Assembly: GCF_024700885.2 (NCBI RefSeq)
Contig: NZ_CP117016.1
Direction: 5' to 3' (one strand)
Length of the DNA: 64,000 bases
Origin: Escherichia coli
GTDB lineage: Bacteria; Pseudomonadota; Gammaproteobacteria; Enterobacterales; Enterobacteriaceae
This document shows, in pieces, positions 29,541 through 45,591 of the stretch (position 1 is the stretch's first letter; each line of letters starts with the position of its first letter). A program made the position numbers and the translations under genes. Below the pieces are notes generated by a model. It did no database searches. It was not told the origin of the DNA and was given only the letters and a program-made list of their open reading frames with translations.

Positions 29541-29647
29541 TGTTGCTCCTTTGCAATTTCACTAACGCTCTATCTTTAGCGATTTTTTTAAGAATTTCGT
29601 CCGCCCGTTTCCTGATATGCTTTTGCCATCCGCTACAAGGAGGTCAG

Positions 29648-30097
29648 ATGGGTATCATAGCGCAAACTAAAATCAGTTCATTGGGCATGCTGTTCGGTGC
29701 CATCGCTTTAATGATGGGGATTATCCACTTTTCATTCGGCCCTTTTTCCGCACCACAGCCAACGCTTGAAAGCATCGTGGCGGATAAAACGGCTGAAATT
29801 AAAAGAGGTCTTCTCGCCGGAATAAAAGGCGAAAAAATTACCACCGTGGAGAAAAAAGAGGACGTGGATGTCGATAAAATCCTCGATCAAAGCGGTATCG
29901 CACTGGCCATTGCTGCGCTACTTTGCGCATTTGTTGGCGGTATGCGTAAGGAAAATCGCTGGGGCATTCGCGGCGCGCTGGTTTTTGGCGGCGGGACGCT
30001 GGCTTTCCATACCTTGCTTTTTGGTATCGGCATCGTGTGCAGCATTTTGCTGATATTCCTTATCTTTTCCTTCCTGACCGGCGGTTCGCTGGTTTAA
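29648..30097 (+). CDS. yidI: Inner membrane protein YidI
   Basis: ORF 29540..30097. ATG 29648 is preceded by aaggaggt and gives MGIIAQTKISSLGMLFGAIALMMGIIHF (149 aa), as in K-12 YidI. Confidence 0.88.
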   Translation: MGIIAQTKISSLGMLFGAIALMMGIIHFSFGPFSAPQPTLESIVADKTAEIKRGLLAGIKGEKITTVEKKEDVDVDKILDQSGIALAIAALLCAFVGGMRKENRWGIRGALVFGGGTLAFHTLLFGIGIVCSILLIFLIFSFLTGGSLV

Positions 30098-30143
30098 GCA
30101 GCCTGAATAATGCCCGCCGGGTGATCATCAGCGGGCATTATCG

Positions 30144-31637
30144 TCAGAACTTCTGTTTTTTCTCTTCCACCTTCACCCCTTGTGTCGGTAGGCCGGTGTC
30201 ATAGTCGCGTACTACTGGCGAATAGCCATCTTGTGGGCGTGGACGAAATGCCCCCATCCAGCGCGGCTGTGCATCTTTACGCCACGGACGCAGGCTCCAT
30301 TGATAACTGCGGAACGGATCGCGAATTTTGTCCATGTAATCCAATAAGGCGTCATGCATTTTGCTGCGAACGTCTGCAAAACGGATATCATCGATCAGGT
30401 TATGCATTTCATTTGGGTCATTACGGCGATCGTAAAGTTCATCACTGGTGAAGAGGTTGAGCACCAGTTTAAAGTCATCCGTCACCCAGCAACGCACCGG
30501 AATAAAACCGCCAAAGCTGTCATGCTCAATCTCGTAGCGGTTAAATTCCACCATTACGCCGCGTGGCTCTTTCACGGCAAGGATATTTTCCCCCGGCAGA
30601 ATCTCTGGTTTTTCAATATCTGCCAGCGCCATCATTGTCGGCAGTAAATCGATATGACTGACTGGCGTATCGACCTGTCGCCGCTCCCCTTGCGGCGAAC
30701 GGATGATCAGCGGAATACGGGTGATGTCGTCATACATCGCCGCTCCTTTACTGATCAGCTTATGTGCACCCATCATTTCACCATGATCGGAGGTATAAAT
30801 GACCCACGTATTTTCACGTTGCTCTGGCGTTAAGGCATTGATGACCCGTCCGATTTGGTCATCAACAAAGTCATTACAGGCAAAATAGAGCGGATGGTGA
30901 TAAAGCCCGTCATCACCGACTGGCGATGGCATCGCCTGCGCCCATAAGCGGTGATGTTCCGGTTTGTTAGCCAGGTCATCCTGTGCTTTCTCGCCCAGCT
31001 CGTAGTAAAAATCAGCGTATTTCTCTAAATACTCCACCGGACAGGTGAACGGGTGATGCGGCTCATCATACGAAACCACCATCAGGAAGGGTTCCTCGGC
31101 GCGCGCGGGCTGTTGCAGAAAATCCACCGCTCGATTGCTGATGCGGTGCGCCCAGGTGAAGGTTTCGTCAATATGGTTCGCCTGTAAATCTTCGACGCTG
31201 TTTAGGCCATTGCGCCACAGGCTAATCTCTTTTTCCGTCAGTTCGCTAAGATAGTTCGCCCCATCGAACCAGTAATCAGCGTCCCACTCCGGCGGACACT
31301 CGCCAGTGCCGAAATAGTCATGACCGTCGAGATGCCATTTGCCAATGTAACAGGTGTGATAGCCCGCATCCTTAAAGTAGCGCCCCATGGTGGAAATGTT
31401 TTTGCCTGGCGCGACGTTGTTGGTCCACGGGCCGGACTGGTTAGCGTAGATACCGGTAAACAGCCCGGCGCGCGCTGGTGTACAAACTGGTGAACAGGTA
31501 TAGGCGGAATTAAAGCGAATACTTTCCGCCGCCAGACTATCAATATTTTGCGTATTCAGCGGCTTACCGCTATAGCAACCGACCATATTGGTGGCCTGGG
31601 TATCGGTCATGATGAACAGAAAATTGGGGCGTTTCAT
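30144..31637 (-). CDS. yidJ: Cys-type sulfatase YidJ
   Basis: 497 aa. MKRPNFLFIMTDTQ plus the sulfatase signature CTPARAGLFTG (C-x-P-x-R). Confidence 0.92.
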   Translation of the reverse strand: MKRPNFLFIMTDTQATNMVGCYSGKPLNTQNIDSLAAESIRFNSAYTCSPVCTPARAGLFTGIYANQSGPWTNNVAPGKNISTMGRYFKDAGYHTCYIGKWHLDGHDYFGTGECPPEWDADYWFDGANYLSELTEKEISLWRNGLNSVEDLQANHIDETFTWAHRISNRAVDFLQQPARAEEPFLMVVSYDEPHHPFTCPVEYLEKYADFYYELGEKAQDDLANKPEHHRLWAQAMPSPVGDDGLYHHPLYFACNDFVDDQIGRVINALTPEQRENTWVIYTSDHGEMMGAHKLISKGAAMYDDITRIPLIIRSPQGERRQVDTPVSHIDLLPTMMALADIEKPEILPGENILAVKEPRGVMVEFNRYEIEHDSFGGFIPVRCWVTDDFKLVLNLFTSDELYDRRNDPNEMHNLIDDIRFADVRSKMHDALLDYMDKIRDPFRSYQWSLRPWRKDAQPRWMGAFRPRPQDGYSPVVRDYDTGLPTQGVKVEEKKQKF

Positions 31638-33349
31638 AGGCTATCCTTCGCGTCGGGAGTAAAGGTTACGGCTGGGTCGTGACGATGCCGCCAGCTGTCA
31701 AAAATCAGGTAGACAATCACTACGGCGGCAATGAAATAACTGATCATCGCTAACCAGCGCGTACCGTAGCCGCCGAATTCAGCCAGCCCGGCATAGACGC
31801 CAATCATCGCGAACAGGATACCCATTGACGCGATCTTGACGTTTTTCCACGGTTTCATGTCCACCGCAAACGCATCTTTGAAGGTGAACGGCGTGGCGCG
31901 CGGTTTGATAAAACCGATCACCAGCATCACTACCACGTTGATACAGAACGTACAGGCCAGCACATAGAGGAAATGGAAGTCGAACTTCACCAGATAGTTG
32001 ATGGTGATGTAGCTGATTATGCCAATCCCCATCGCCACTTTTGCCGCCAGCGCCGGAATGCGCGGGAAGAAAAAGCCCATAATGATGATGGTAACCAGCG
32101 GCACGTTGTAAATACCGTTGAGCTGTTTCATCCAGCTATACAGCCCCTGCGGCGCGTTGGCGATCCACGGCGCGACCAGCACCGAAACGATGGCGATAAA
32201 GAAACCAAATTTGCGCCCGACGGTGACCAGCTGCTGCGGCTCGGCATTCTGGTTAATGATGCGACGGTAAATACCCATACTGAATAACGTACTGGCGCTA
32301 TTCAGAAAGCCGTTGAAGGTACTGATCACCGCACCAAATAACACCGCGCCGAAGAAACCCACCAGTGGCACTGGCAGAACGTTATTGACCAGCGTCGGGT
32401 AGGCCATGTCGGCTTTCGGTAGATCCTGATACAGATGAAACGCAATCAACCCTGGCAGTACCAGTACCAGCGGGTCGAGCATTTTCAGCACCGCCGTTAA
32501 CAGCGCCCCCTTTTGCCCTTCCGCCAGGCTTTTTGACGCCAGCGTGCGTTGCACGATGCCCTGATTTGTACACCAGTAAAAGGTGTTCACCAGAATTAAA
32601 CCGGTAAATGCCGCGCCAATCGGCAAGGGATCGGTCGGGCCACCGACTGAGTTTAATTTCTCGGCGTGAACGGTGGTAATTTGCTCAATGCCCTGCGTAA
32701 AGCTGCCCTTGCCCATCGCGATCAGGCCAAATACCGGTACCATCAACCCGCCAATAACCAGCCCAATACCGTTAATGGAGTCCGCCACTGCCATTGCGCG
32801 CAGTCCGCCGATTACCGCATACAAAATTCCCGCCAGACCAAGCAAAATAACCAGTAGCCAGATAGCCGCGCCGTGGGAAATTTGTAACGATTCCCCGACG
32901 TGAAACAGGCTGTTGAGCGCCAACGCGCCGGAGTAGAGAACAATCGGCAGAAAGCAGACGCCGGTGGCAATGAGGAAGCAGAAGTCGATGATAATACGCG
33001 TCGTTTTATCATAACGTTCCTCCAGAAAATCGGGGATGGTGGCAATGCCGCGCTTCAGATAGCGCGGTAAAAAGATTAGCGCGAGGAAGATCAGCGTCAC
33101 CGCTGAAGTCACTTCCCAGCCCATCACCGACATGCCGCTTTTGTAGGCCTGCCCGGAAAGGCCGACCAGTTGTTCCGTGGAAAGGTTGGTTAACATTAAC
33201 GAAGCGGCAATAACCGGCGCTTTTAGTGATCGTCCGGCAAGAAAATAGCCTTGTTGCGATCCGGTATCTGCTTTACGGACCTTCCACCAGGTGATGACCG
33301 CCACCAGCAGCGTAAAACCGACAAAACTCAAGATTTGTAACGAATTCAT
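31634..33349 (-). CDS. yidK: Sodium:solute symporter family transporter YidK
   Basis: 571 aa, polytopic SSS-like protein. It overlaps yidJ by 4 nt and matches K-12 YidK. Confidence 0.9.
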   Translation of the reverse strand: MNSLQILSFVGFTLLVAVITWWKVRKADTGSQQGYFLAGRSLKAPVIAASLMLTNLSTEQLVGLSGQAYKSGMSVMGWEVTSAVTLIFLALIFLPRYLKRGIATIPDFLEERYDKTTRIIIDFCFLIATGVCFLPIVLYSGALALNSLFHVGESLQISHGAAIWLLVILLGLAGILYAVIGGLRAMAVADSINGIGLVIGGLMVPVFGLIAMGKGSFTQGIEQITTVHAEKLNSVGGPTDPLPIGAAFTGLILVNTFYWCTNQGIVQRTLASKSLAEGQKGALLTAVLKMLDPLVLVLPGLIAFHLYQDLPKADMAYPTLVNNVLPVPLVGFFGAVLFGAVISTFNGFLNSASTLFSMGIYRRIINQNAEPQQLVTVGRKFGFFIAIVSVLVAPWIANAPQGLYSWMKQLNGIYNVPLVTIIIMGFFFPRIPALAAKVAMGIGIISYITINYLVKFDFHFLYVLACTFCINVVVMLVIGFIKPRATPFTFKDAFAVDMKPWKNVKIASMGILFAMIGVYAGLAEFGGYGTRWLAMISYFIAAVVIVYLIFDSWRHRHDPAVTFTPDAKDSL

Positions 33350-33515
33350 CTCATAGCCCTTATTTATGTTTATGTCCCGGACGCATGAATATAGGGAGAG
33401 GTAAAATGCGTCGGGTCAGGCAGTCAGATTCTTAAAATACAAACATCGTATCCCTGAACGGATTGTTTTCTGTTAAGTTCAGGTTGTGAGCATAATTCGC
33501 CGGAGGGATATTAAA

Positions 33516-37344
<3,829 letters not shown>

Positions 37345-37640
37345 TTCCACATCCTCTTTTCTCAATTCTGTAAGTAGGAAGCCTGATTGGTTATGCGGCA
37401 GGCCTGGAGCGAGGATAGGAAGATGCGATCGGCAGAACATGACGACCCAGTGGGATTCGTGATCGCTTTCATGCTTTTCGTTGGGCGGTAGAGATCTACG
37501 TTTTCGCAAAAAAGTAGACATCTGTGAGCACTGGTACACAGCATCGAACACATCTTTAAAAAAAAGATGTTTTTTCAATCGATTAAGCAGAACTTGTGGG
37601 CGTATTACCCGGGCTTTCAGGCAAAAAAAGAGATCTAGAG

Positions 37641-38357
37641 ATGATCTACAAAAGCATTGCGGAGCGGTTAAGAATTCGACTTAATTCCGCAGATTTCACG
37701 CTAAACAGCCTTCTTCCCGGTGAAAAAAAGCTGGCGGAAGAGTTTGCGGTATCGCGGATGACCATCCGTAAAGCCATTGATCTGCTGGTGGCGTGGGGGC
37801 TGGTGGTCCGCCGCCACGGTAGCGGTACTTACCTGGTGCGCAAAGATGTATTGCATCAAACCGCCAGCCTGACCGGGCTGGTGGAGGTGTTAAAACGCCA
37901 GGGAAAAACGGTCACCAGCCAGGTGCTGATTTTTGAAATCATGCCTGCGCCTCCGGCCATTGCCAGCCAGTTACGGATTCAAATCAACGAGCAGATCTAC
38001 TTCTCCCGTCGCGTTCGTTTTGTGGAAGGGAAACCGCTGATGCTGGAAGACAGCTATATGCCGGTAAAACTGTTCCGTAATCTTTCGCTGCAACATCTGG
38101 AAGGGTCGAAGTTTGAATATATTGAACAAGAGTGCGGGATTCTGATTGGCGGTAATTATGAAAGCCTGACGCCGGTGCTCGCCGATAGACTGCTGGCGCG
38201 GCAAATGAAGGTAGCGGAGAACACGCCACTGCTGCGGATCACCTCGTTGTCATATAGCGAGAGCGGGGAGTTTTTGAATTATTCAGTAATGTTCAGAAAT
38301 GCCAACGAATACCAGGTGGAGTACCATTTACGGCGACTCCACCCGGAAAAGAGTTAA
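37641..38357 (+). CDS. yidP: GntR/HutC-family transcriptional regulator YidP
   Basis: ORF 37596..38357. The K-12 N-terminus [19 protein letters not shown] starts at 37641 (238 aa). Confidence 0.9.
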
Positions 38358-40015
38358 CCGATACTCCAGAAGAGCACCGCCAGTAATTGGGGGGTGATAA
38401 TGCGCAGGAACATCACTAACGGATAGACAGTGGCGTAAGAGAGCGCCGCCGCACCGCTCGTTGGATGAAGATTATTAGCAAACGCCAGCGCCGGAGGATC
38501 GGTCATGGAGCCAGCCAGCATCCCGCACATGGTCAGGTAATTCATTTTGGCTAACATCCGCGCCAGAATACCAACAGTAATCAGCGGAACGGCGGTGATC
38601 AGGGCACCATATCCAATCCAGCTTAGCCCTTCGCCATTGACCAGGGTATTCACAAAATCCCCACCAGATTTCAGCCCCACTACCGAGAGGAACAGCACGA
38701 TCCCCAGCTCCCGCAGCGCGAGGTTGGCGCTTGGCGGCATAAACCAGTACAGCTTACCGATACTGCCGATACGCCCGAGGATCAACGCCATAATCAGCGG
38801 ACCGCCCGCCAGCCCCAGTTTCAACGCGGCCGGGAATCCCGGCACAAAGACGGGAATAGAGCCTAACAATACGCCAAGCCCGATACCAATAAACACCGGC
38901 AACATCTGAACCTGTTGCAGTTTTTGCTGCGCATTCCCCAGCACATTGGCAACGGCATCAATTGCGGACGGACGCCCCACCAGGTTGAGGATATCGCCGA
39001 ACTGCAGGCTGATATCGCCACTGGCGACCAGTTCGACCCCGGCACGGTTCAGGCGCGAGATAACAACGTCATAGCGTTCTTTAAAGTGCAGGTCGCGAAT
39101 ACGTTTTCCGAGCACGTTTTCATTGGTGACCACCACACGCTCGACGCGTAAATCAGTGCCTTTCGTGGACAGCGAGGTATCGACCTCCTGACCAATCACC
39201 AGTTGCGCATTATGTAAATCCGCTGGCTGCCCCACCAGATGCAGCAAATCGCCCAGTTGGATAATGGTATCTGGCGAAGGTACTTTTAGGGTTTCTTCTC
39301 GTTTCAGACGCGAGCAGATAATTTTGTCGCCGTTGAGAATCGGTACATCTTTAATGGCTAAATCATGCAGATTAGGGTTCTCAACGCGAATATTGATAGT
39401 CCTGATCAGCGCGCCGCCATTGGTGCGTGAAGACTCGTGCTGCTGGGCTTCTGTCTCGACATTGACGCGGAAAATAACCCGCAACATCCACATGGTGAAC
39501 AAAATCCCGCAAATGCCGAATGGATACGCCATCGCGTAACTCATCCCCATCTGATCGACCATTTCCATTGGTGTACCCAGGTCGCGCAAGATCTGCTGCC
39601 CTGCCCCCAGTGCTGGCGTATTGGTTACCGCACCGGAGAAAATCCCCAGCACTACCGGCAGTGGAATATCAAACAGTTTATGCAGGATGGCGGTAACCAG
39701 ACCACCGATGATGACGATCAGAACAGCAAACAGGTTGAGGCGTAATCCGGAGACGCGCAATGAGGCAAAGAAGCCCGGACCCACCTGAATCCCGATGGTA
39801 TAAACGAACAGGATCAGGCCAAATTCCTGAATAACATGCAGCATATCGCTACTTAATGTCATCCCCGCCTGAGAAACAAAATGGCCGACGATGATCCCAC
39901 CAAACAGCACGCCGCCAATACCTAATCCTATGCCGCGAAATTTGACGTTGCCGATAAACAAACCGACGACTGCCACCAAAGCCAGAATACTGACCGTTAA
40001 TGCTATATCACTCAT
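38354..40015 (-). CDS. yidE: Putative transporter YidE (AAE family, two TrkA-C-like domains)
   Basis: ORF 38354..40039. The K-12 N-terminus [22 protein letters not shown] starts at 40015 (553 aa). Confidence 0.9.
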
Positions 40016-40167
40016 CGTCCATTTCTCTTGAGATAACATTTTAATTGCTACGGATTATGGCTGAATCGGTGAAGCAGATTTGCCTTATAGCGCACATTAT
40101 CACGGGAAAGAACGTGCCGAAATATCTTAAACAGGCGAAAATTAACGCATTGTTGAAGAAGAAAGAC

Positions 40168-40196
40168 AAAAAAAGCCCCACCAGAATGGCGGGGCA
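40168..40196 (-). terminator. ibpAB terminator
   Basis: Minus strand reads GCCCCGCCATTCTGGTGGGGC-TTTTTTTG, directly downstream of ibpB. Confidence 0.8.
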
Positions 40197-40210
40197 AAGA
40201 GAATAGCTAG

Positions 40211-40639
40211 TTAGCTATTTAACGCGGGACGTTCGCTGATAGCGATACGCTGCGCTGCGATGGGTTCAGGCTCATTACGAATTAAATCAATATGCAGTAA
40301 ACCGTTTACGAAGGTTGCGCCAGAGACTTCCATATTTTCAGCCAGCGTAAAGCTCAGGCTAAATGGCTGATTCATAAGCCCTTGATGCAGCCATTTTTTC
40401 TCTTCTTTTGGCTGCTCCGGCGTGCCTTTTACGCTCAGGCGCGTACCTTCCAGTTGAATCTCTAAATCTTCCTGACGAAAACCTGCCAGCGCAAGGGTAA
40501 TGCGGTAGTGGTTATCGTCGCTTTTCTCAATGTTGTACGGCGGGAAGCTCTGGCTTTCACCGGCGTTTTGCAGTGCGTTGGCCAGTTTGTCAAAACCGAT
40601 CCATTGACGCATCAGTGGGGATAAATCGAAGTTACGCAT
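40211..40639 (-). CDS. ibpB: Small heat-shock protein IbpB
   Basis: ORF 40211..40678. [24 protein letters not shown] starts at 40639 (142 aa). Confidence 0.93.
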
Positions 40640-40750
40640 AGTCATTTCTCCTTCTAAGAAGCGAGTAAGTACCTGCAAATCCGAAGATTCGCATATGCTC
40701 CCTGACGGCGAGCATGGAGATGTCAGGCCGCGCCAGGCGGCCTTAAGGAA

Positions 40751-41164
40751 TTAGTTGATTTCGATACGGCGCGGTTTTTTCGCTTCCGGAATCACGCGTT
40801 CGAGATCGATATACAGCAGACCATTCACCAGGTTAGCGCCACGAACATGAATGTTCTCAGCTAACTGGAATTTGCGTTCAAAGTTGCGTTCAGCGATGCC
40901 CTGGTACAGATAGGTGCGCTCTTTTTGTTCGTCGGCGTGAGCACCTTTCACCACCAGCAGATTATCCTGGGCGGTAATTTCCAGTTCGCTCTCAGCAAAA
41001 CCAGCCACAGCGATAGCAATGCGGTAATGGTTTTCGTCTACCAGTTCAACGTTATACGGAGGGTAGCCGCCATTACTCTGGCTCTGGTTGTTTTCTAAGT
41101 GGTTAAACAAACGGTCAAATCCAATAGCAGAACGGTAAAGCGGGGATAAATCAAAGTTACGCAT
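40751..41164 (-). CDS. ibpA: Small heat-shock protein IbpA
   Basis: ORF 40751..41170. [24 protein letters not shown] starts at 41164 (137 aa). Confidence 0.93.
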
Positions 41165-41266
41165 AATCAATAGCTCCTGAAATCAGCGAGAATGTAAGAC
41201 CTTCCACAATGGACAGGTCAGGTAGCCAGAACACCCATCAGGCGCGTCCTCATCGGCTACGATGTA

Positions 41267-41295
41267 AAAATGGGTCTGGAAATGAACTTTTCAAG
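41267..41295 (-). promoter_or_regulatory. Sigma-32 heat-shock promoter of ibpAB
   Basis: Minus strand reads CTTGAAAAGTTCATTTCCAGACCCATTTT. CTTGAAA, 14 nt, then CCCATTTT matches the sigma-32 consensus CTTGAAA-N13-15-CCCCATnT. The 5' UTR below it (about 41165-41265) is where the ibpA RNA thermometer is described. Confidence 0.75.
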
Positions 41296-41469
41296 CCTTA
41301 TCAGCGGACTTTTTTTTGCAGTTTATGGTCTATTGCATAGACTGAGGGGGCAGCACGAAACGTTAAAGTGCGATAGCCGCCACAGTGCGACGTAATGATG
41401 ATGTTATTTTCAGCAAGGGATCGCTATAACTCATCAGGCCAACACCCACGATCAACAGATGAATTTATT

Positions 41470-41802
41470 ATGATAAGAAATGTGTTGTTAGCGTTCATGA
41501 TATGCAGCGGAATGACATTACTCGGAGGATGCTCCAGCGTGATGTCCCATACCGGGGGGAAAGAAGGAACGTATCCCGGCACCCGCGCCAGCGCCACCAT
41601 GATTGGCGACGAGGAAACCAACTGGGGCACTAAGTCGCTGGCGATTCTCGATATGCCGTTTACCGCTGTGATGGACACGCTTTTACTGCCGTGGGATGTG
41701 TTCCGCAAAGACAGCTCGGTGCGCTCACGCGTTGAAAAAAGCGAAGCCAACGCGCAAGCCACAAATGCGGTTATTCCACCCGCCAGAATGCCTGATAACT
41801 GA
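41470..41802 (+). CDS. yidQ: Lipoprotein YidQ
   Basis: ORF 41395..41802. MIRNVLLAFMICSGMTLLGGCSS (lipobox LLGGC) starts at 41470 (110 aa). Confidence 0.88.
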   Translation: MIRNVLLAFMICSGMTLLGGCSSVMSHTGGKEGTYPGTRASATMIGDEETNWGTKSLAILDMPFTAVMDTLLLPWDVFRKDSSVRSRVEKSEANAQATNAVIPPARMPDN

Positions 41803-41803
41803 T

Positions 41804-43051
41804 TTAGCGATCAGTTTCGGTGATCCACAGCTGGCCGCCTTCCATCCACGCCAGCCACTGACCATCCGGCGAGAAGACCACGGCGTCCGCAGAAGGTGGA
41901 TTGGCGTGGTTTTCGGTTAAATACTCAACCTCGCCGCTTTGCGCATGGGCGCAAGCAATTCGATTATCCAGCACAAAGCCCAACCATTCTCCTGACGGAT
42001 GCCAGTTAAATGCAGACTGAATATCCGTTTTATTATGGGTTAACTGGCGCGGCTCGCCGCCTTGTGGCGAGATAAGCCACAGTTGCACAATGCCGTTATC
42101 ATCACGCATTAAAAACGCGATTTGCGTACCCTGCGGATTACAGCGCACCCAGTGGCGCGGGACGTTGACTAACCCCGGATAAGCCCGATGGTGGGTAAAG
42201 GTTAAACGTCGCTGCACGACGCCACGCGGTGGCGCGGGCAGGGTTGTTTCCGTTCCACTTAACGGCGCATCACCTGCCGCTTTCCAGCCAGCTTCATCTT
42301 GCGGTAACTCAACGATAAATAGCTCCGGCACTTTCTCGCCCTTTGGCGAAAGTGTGTCGCCAATAAACGCCAGCGCGTGATTTCCTACCCATCCTTCTTC
42401 ATAAGCACGATTGATTTCATCACTGCCAGGCTGCGGCGTGGGCGTGGTTTTACTCACCAGCACACACCAGTGGCTACCGCTGTATTCACGCGGATGCTGC
42501 TTTTGTACATTGACCGGGCCAAACGGCGCAGCAACACCGACGTTTCGCAAATCCAGCGCCGAATCGAGTTGATGCATTACATGGTCGTTATAGGTAAAGC
42601 TCACCCTTTCTCCGTTCGGGCTAAAGACATGCACATGGCTGCCGCCGCGCAGCGCTCCTGGGGTGTACGGCGCGGTAATATCCATTGCATCGAGATTGCT
42701 CACCTTGCCGCCTTCAGCAATCACTCCGCGCCGATGATGGAAGTCGTAATGCCATGTTTCATCAGGATTTTCCGGGCCGTGAATAAAGACATATTTCTCT
42801 GACTTCGGATGAACGGTCACCACGCCGACGTGTGCGCCCTGTGACGCGCGATAGATAACCTCGACCTCGCCGGTATGGATATTCACACGCTCAATGGTCT
42901 CGCCAGTAAACGACGCCCCAGAAGGACGCACGTCAAATACCAGCCACTGGCTGTCGGGCGTCCAGGTATTGGTATTGGTGAGCAGGTGATTACGGGGAGC
43001 AAAGGTTATCTGTTTCATGGCGCGGTCCTGATACAAAACGGGTCCCGCCAT
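41804..43051 (-). CDS. yidR: YidR (DUF3748, beta-propeller-like)
   Basis: ORF 41804..43054. The start is uncertain (MMAGPVLYQDRAMKQITF...). The sequence matches K-12 YidR. Confidence 0.85.
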   Translation of the reverse strand: MAGPVLYQDRAMKQITFAPRNHLLTNTNTWTPDSQWLVFDVRPSGASFTGETIERVNIHTGEVEVIYRASQGAHVGVVTVHPKSEKYVFIHGPENPDETWHYDFHHRRGVIAEGGKVSNLDAMDITAPYTPGALRGGSHVHVFSPNGERVSFTYNDHVMHQLDSALDLRNVGVAAPFGPVNVQKQHPREYSGSHWCVLVSKTTPTPQPGSDEINRAYEEGWVGNHALAFIGDTLSPKGEKVPELFIVELPQDEAGWKAAGDAPLSGTETTLPAPPRGVVQRRLTFTHHRAYPGLVNVPRHWVRCNPQGTQIAFLMRDDNGIVQLWLISPQGGEPRQLTHNKTDIQSAFNWHPSGEWLGFVLDNRIACAHAQSGEVEYLTENHANPPSADAVVFSPDGQWLAWMEGGQLWITETDR

Positions 43052-43118
43052 CATACTTCACAAGGACTTCACTTTCAGACAATAGTCTTTTGCCATCGTG
43101 ATGAATGTGAGTGAAAAG

Positions 43119-44183
43119 ATGGAACATTTCGACGTGGCGATTATTGGCCTCGGTCCAGCAGGTTCGGCGTTGGCGCGAAAGTTAGCAGACAAAATGCAGG
43201 TGATCGCGCTGGATAAAAAGCACCAGCATGGTACTGAAGGTTTCAGCAAACCCTGCGGCGGTCTGCTGGCACCGGACGCGCAGCGATCTTTTATTCGCGA
43301 TGGACTGACGCTTCCTGTCGATGTGATCGCCAACCCGCAGATTTTCAGCGTCAAAACCGTCGACGTCGCCGCATCGCTCACACGTAACTACCAGCGAAGC
43401 TATATCAATATTAATCGCCACGCTTTCGACTTGTGGATGAAATCGCTGATCCCCGCCAGCGTTGAGGTTTACCACGATAGCCTGTGTCGAAAAATCTGGC
43501 GTGAGGATGATAAATGGCATGTCATTTTTCGTGCAGACGGTTGGGAGCAGCATATTACCGCCCGCTATCTGGTCGGTGCCGATGGTGCCAACTCGATGGT
43601 GCGGCGACATCTCTACCCGGACCATCAAATTCGTAAATATGTCGCTATCCAGCAGTGGTTCGCAGAGAAGCATCCGGTGCCGTTCTACTCCTGCATCTTT
43701 GATAATGCGATAACTGACTGTTACTCATGGAGTATCAGCAAAGACGGTTATTTTATCTTTGGCGGTGCCTATCCAATGAAAGACGGTCAGACGCGTTTCG
43801 CGACGCTGAAAGAGAAAATGAGCGCCTTTCAGTTCCAGTTTGGCAAAGCGGTGAAAAGTGAGAAATGTACCGTGTTGTTTCCCTCACGTTGGCAGGATTT
43901 TGTCTGCGGTAAGGACAATGCCTTTCTGATTGGTGAAGCAGCGGGATTTATCAGCGCCAGCTCGCTGGAGGGAATTAGCTATGCGCTGGATAGCGCAGAG
44001 ATTCTGCGTTCAGTGTTACTGAAGCAGCCGGAGAAGAGCAACGCCGCCTACTGGCGCGCCACCCGCAAACTGCGTTTAAAACTCTTCGGCAAGATAGTAA
44101 AAAGCCGATGCCTGACCGCACCGGCTTTAAGAAAGTGGATTATGCGCAGTGGTGTGGCGCATATTCCACAGTTGAAAGATTAG
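43119..44183 (+). CDS. cbrA: FAD-dependent oxidoreductase CbrA (YidS)
   Basis: ORF 43098..44183. [23 protein letters not shown] (GxGxxG) starts at 43119 (354 aa). Confidence 0.9.
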
Positions 44184-45472
44184 CCAACGCGCTTCACATC
44201 GCCCACCAGCAGGATGTAAGAGAGCGCGCCAATCAACGCGACGGCAGAAATATAAACCAGTGCAGGTGCGAAACCGTAACCCTGCGCCAGGTACCCCACC
44301 ACCAGCGGAACGGTGATGCCGCCCAGACCACCGGCAAAGTTAAACACGCCGCCGGTTAAACCAATCAGGCGCATCGGTGCCAGAGAAGAGACCAGCGACC
44401 AGGTAATCGAAGCAAAACCGTTGCCGAAGAATGCCAGCGCCATCAGGCACATAATCATCATCGGATCGTTGGTGTAGTTAGCGCCCATAATGCAGGTGGA
44501 GATCAGCAAGCCGCAGATAATCGGCGTTTTACGCGCAAAGCCCAGTGAAAAGCCCTTACGTACCAGCAGATCCGCGACCCAGCCAGAGAGCAGGACGCCG
44601 ACAAACGCCGCAAGAAACGGCACCGTGGTCATAAATCCTGCTTTCAGCGCTGTGATTCCTTTTTCCTGGGTTAAATAGTTCGGGAACCAGGTTAAGAAAA
44701 ACCACAGTGTAGAAGCCACCGCAAATTGCCCAAGATAGACGCCAATCAGTTTACGATGGAACACCAGTTTCCAGTCTTTGGCTGTTAACGGCTGACGCGC
44801 CTCTTTCTTCACCGGCGCATCACCATCCACCAGACCGCCGCCATCACGAATGTAATCCAGTTCAGCTTTGCTGATACCTTTAGTCAGGCGCGGCGGCTGA
44901 TAAACCTTAAACCAAATCAGCGACCAGATAATGCCGATACCACCAGTGACAATGAACACCCAGTGCCAGCTCAACATTTCCTGAATCCAGATCAGCAGCG
45001 GAGTCAGAAACGCCAGACCGACAAACTGACCAGACGTATAAAAACCAACGGCGGAAGCGCGTTCATGTTCCGGGAACCAGCTGGTCACCATCCGGTTATT
45101 GGTCGGGAAAGCGGGCGCTTCGAAAATACCGGTTATCGCGCGCAGACCAATTAATGACATTAATCCCGTGGCAAAGCCCTGGAATAAAGTCGCCACTGAC
45201 CAGCCAAATATCGCAATAAAATAAGTCACGCGAGAACCTACGCGATCTAAAAACCAACCGCCGGGGATCTGGCATAGCGTATAAAGCCAGGCGAAGGCCG
45301 AAAATACATAGCCCATTTCCGCTTTGGTAATACCGAACTCTTCCTGAATATGGGCGGAAGCCACGGCCAGGTTAGCGCGGTCAACATAACAAATGACCAC
45401 CGTAATAAAGATCATCACCAGCGTCAGATAACGCCGACGCCCCGGCTTTGCTGCATTAACGGGAATATCCAT
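44180..45472 (-). CDS. dgoT: D-galactonate:H+ symporter DgoT (MFS)
   Basis: ORF 44180..45517. [29 protein letters not shown] starts at 45472 (430 aa). Its 3' end overlaps convergent cbrA by 4 nt. Confidence 0.92.
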
Positions 45473-45591
45473 AGCGAGCTTTCTCCAGATTTTGGGCATA
45501 GCGAAGCCGCTCACCATGCCCTGTAATTTACAGAGGGTTATATTTTTGTATTGCTGTTTTAGTGCCCGATGAGGGGCTTACGTGGCAGGAA

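Noticed and set aside
37345-37578. 78-codon upstream extension of the PTS EIICB ORF (MKKHLFFKDVFDAV...)
   Set aside because: The K-12-type N-terminus MLSQIQRFGG begins at 37344 with an AAGAGGA RBS. The extension would run through the divergent yidP promoter region and is not membrane-protein-like.
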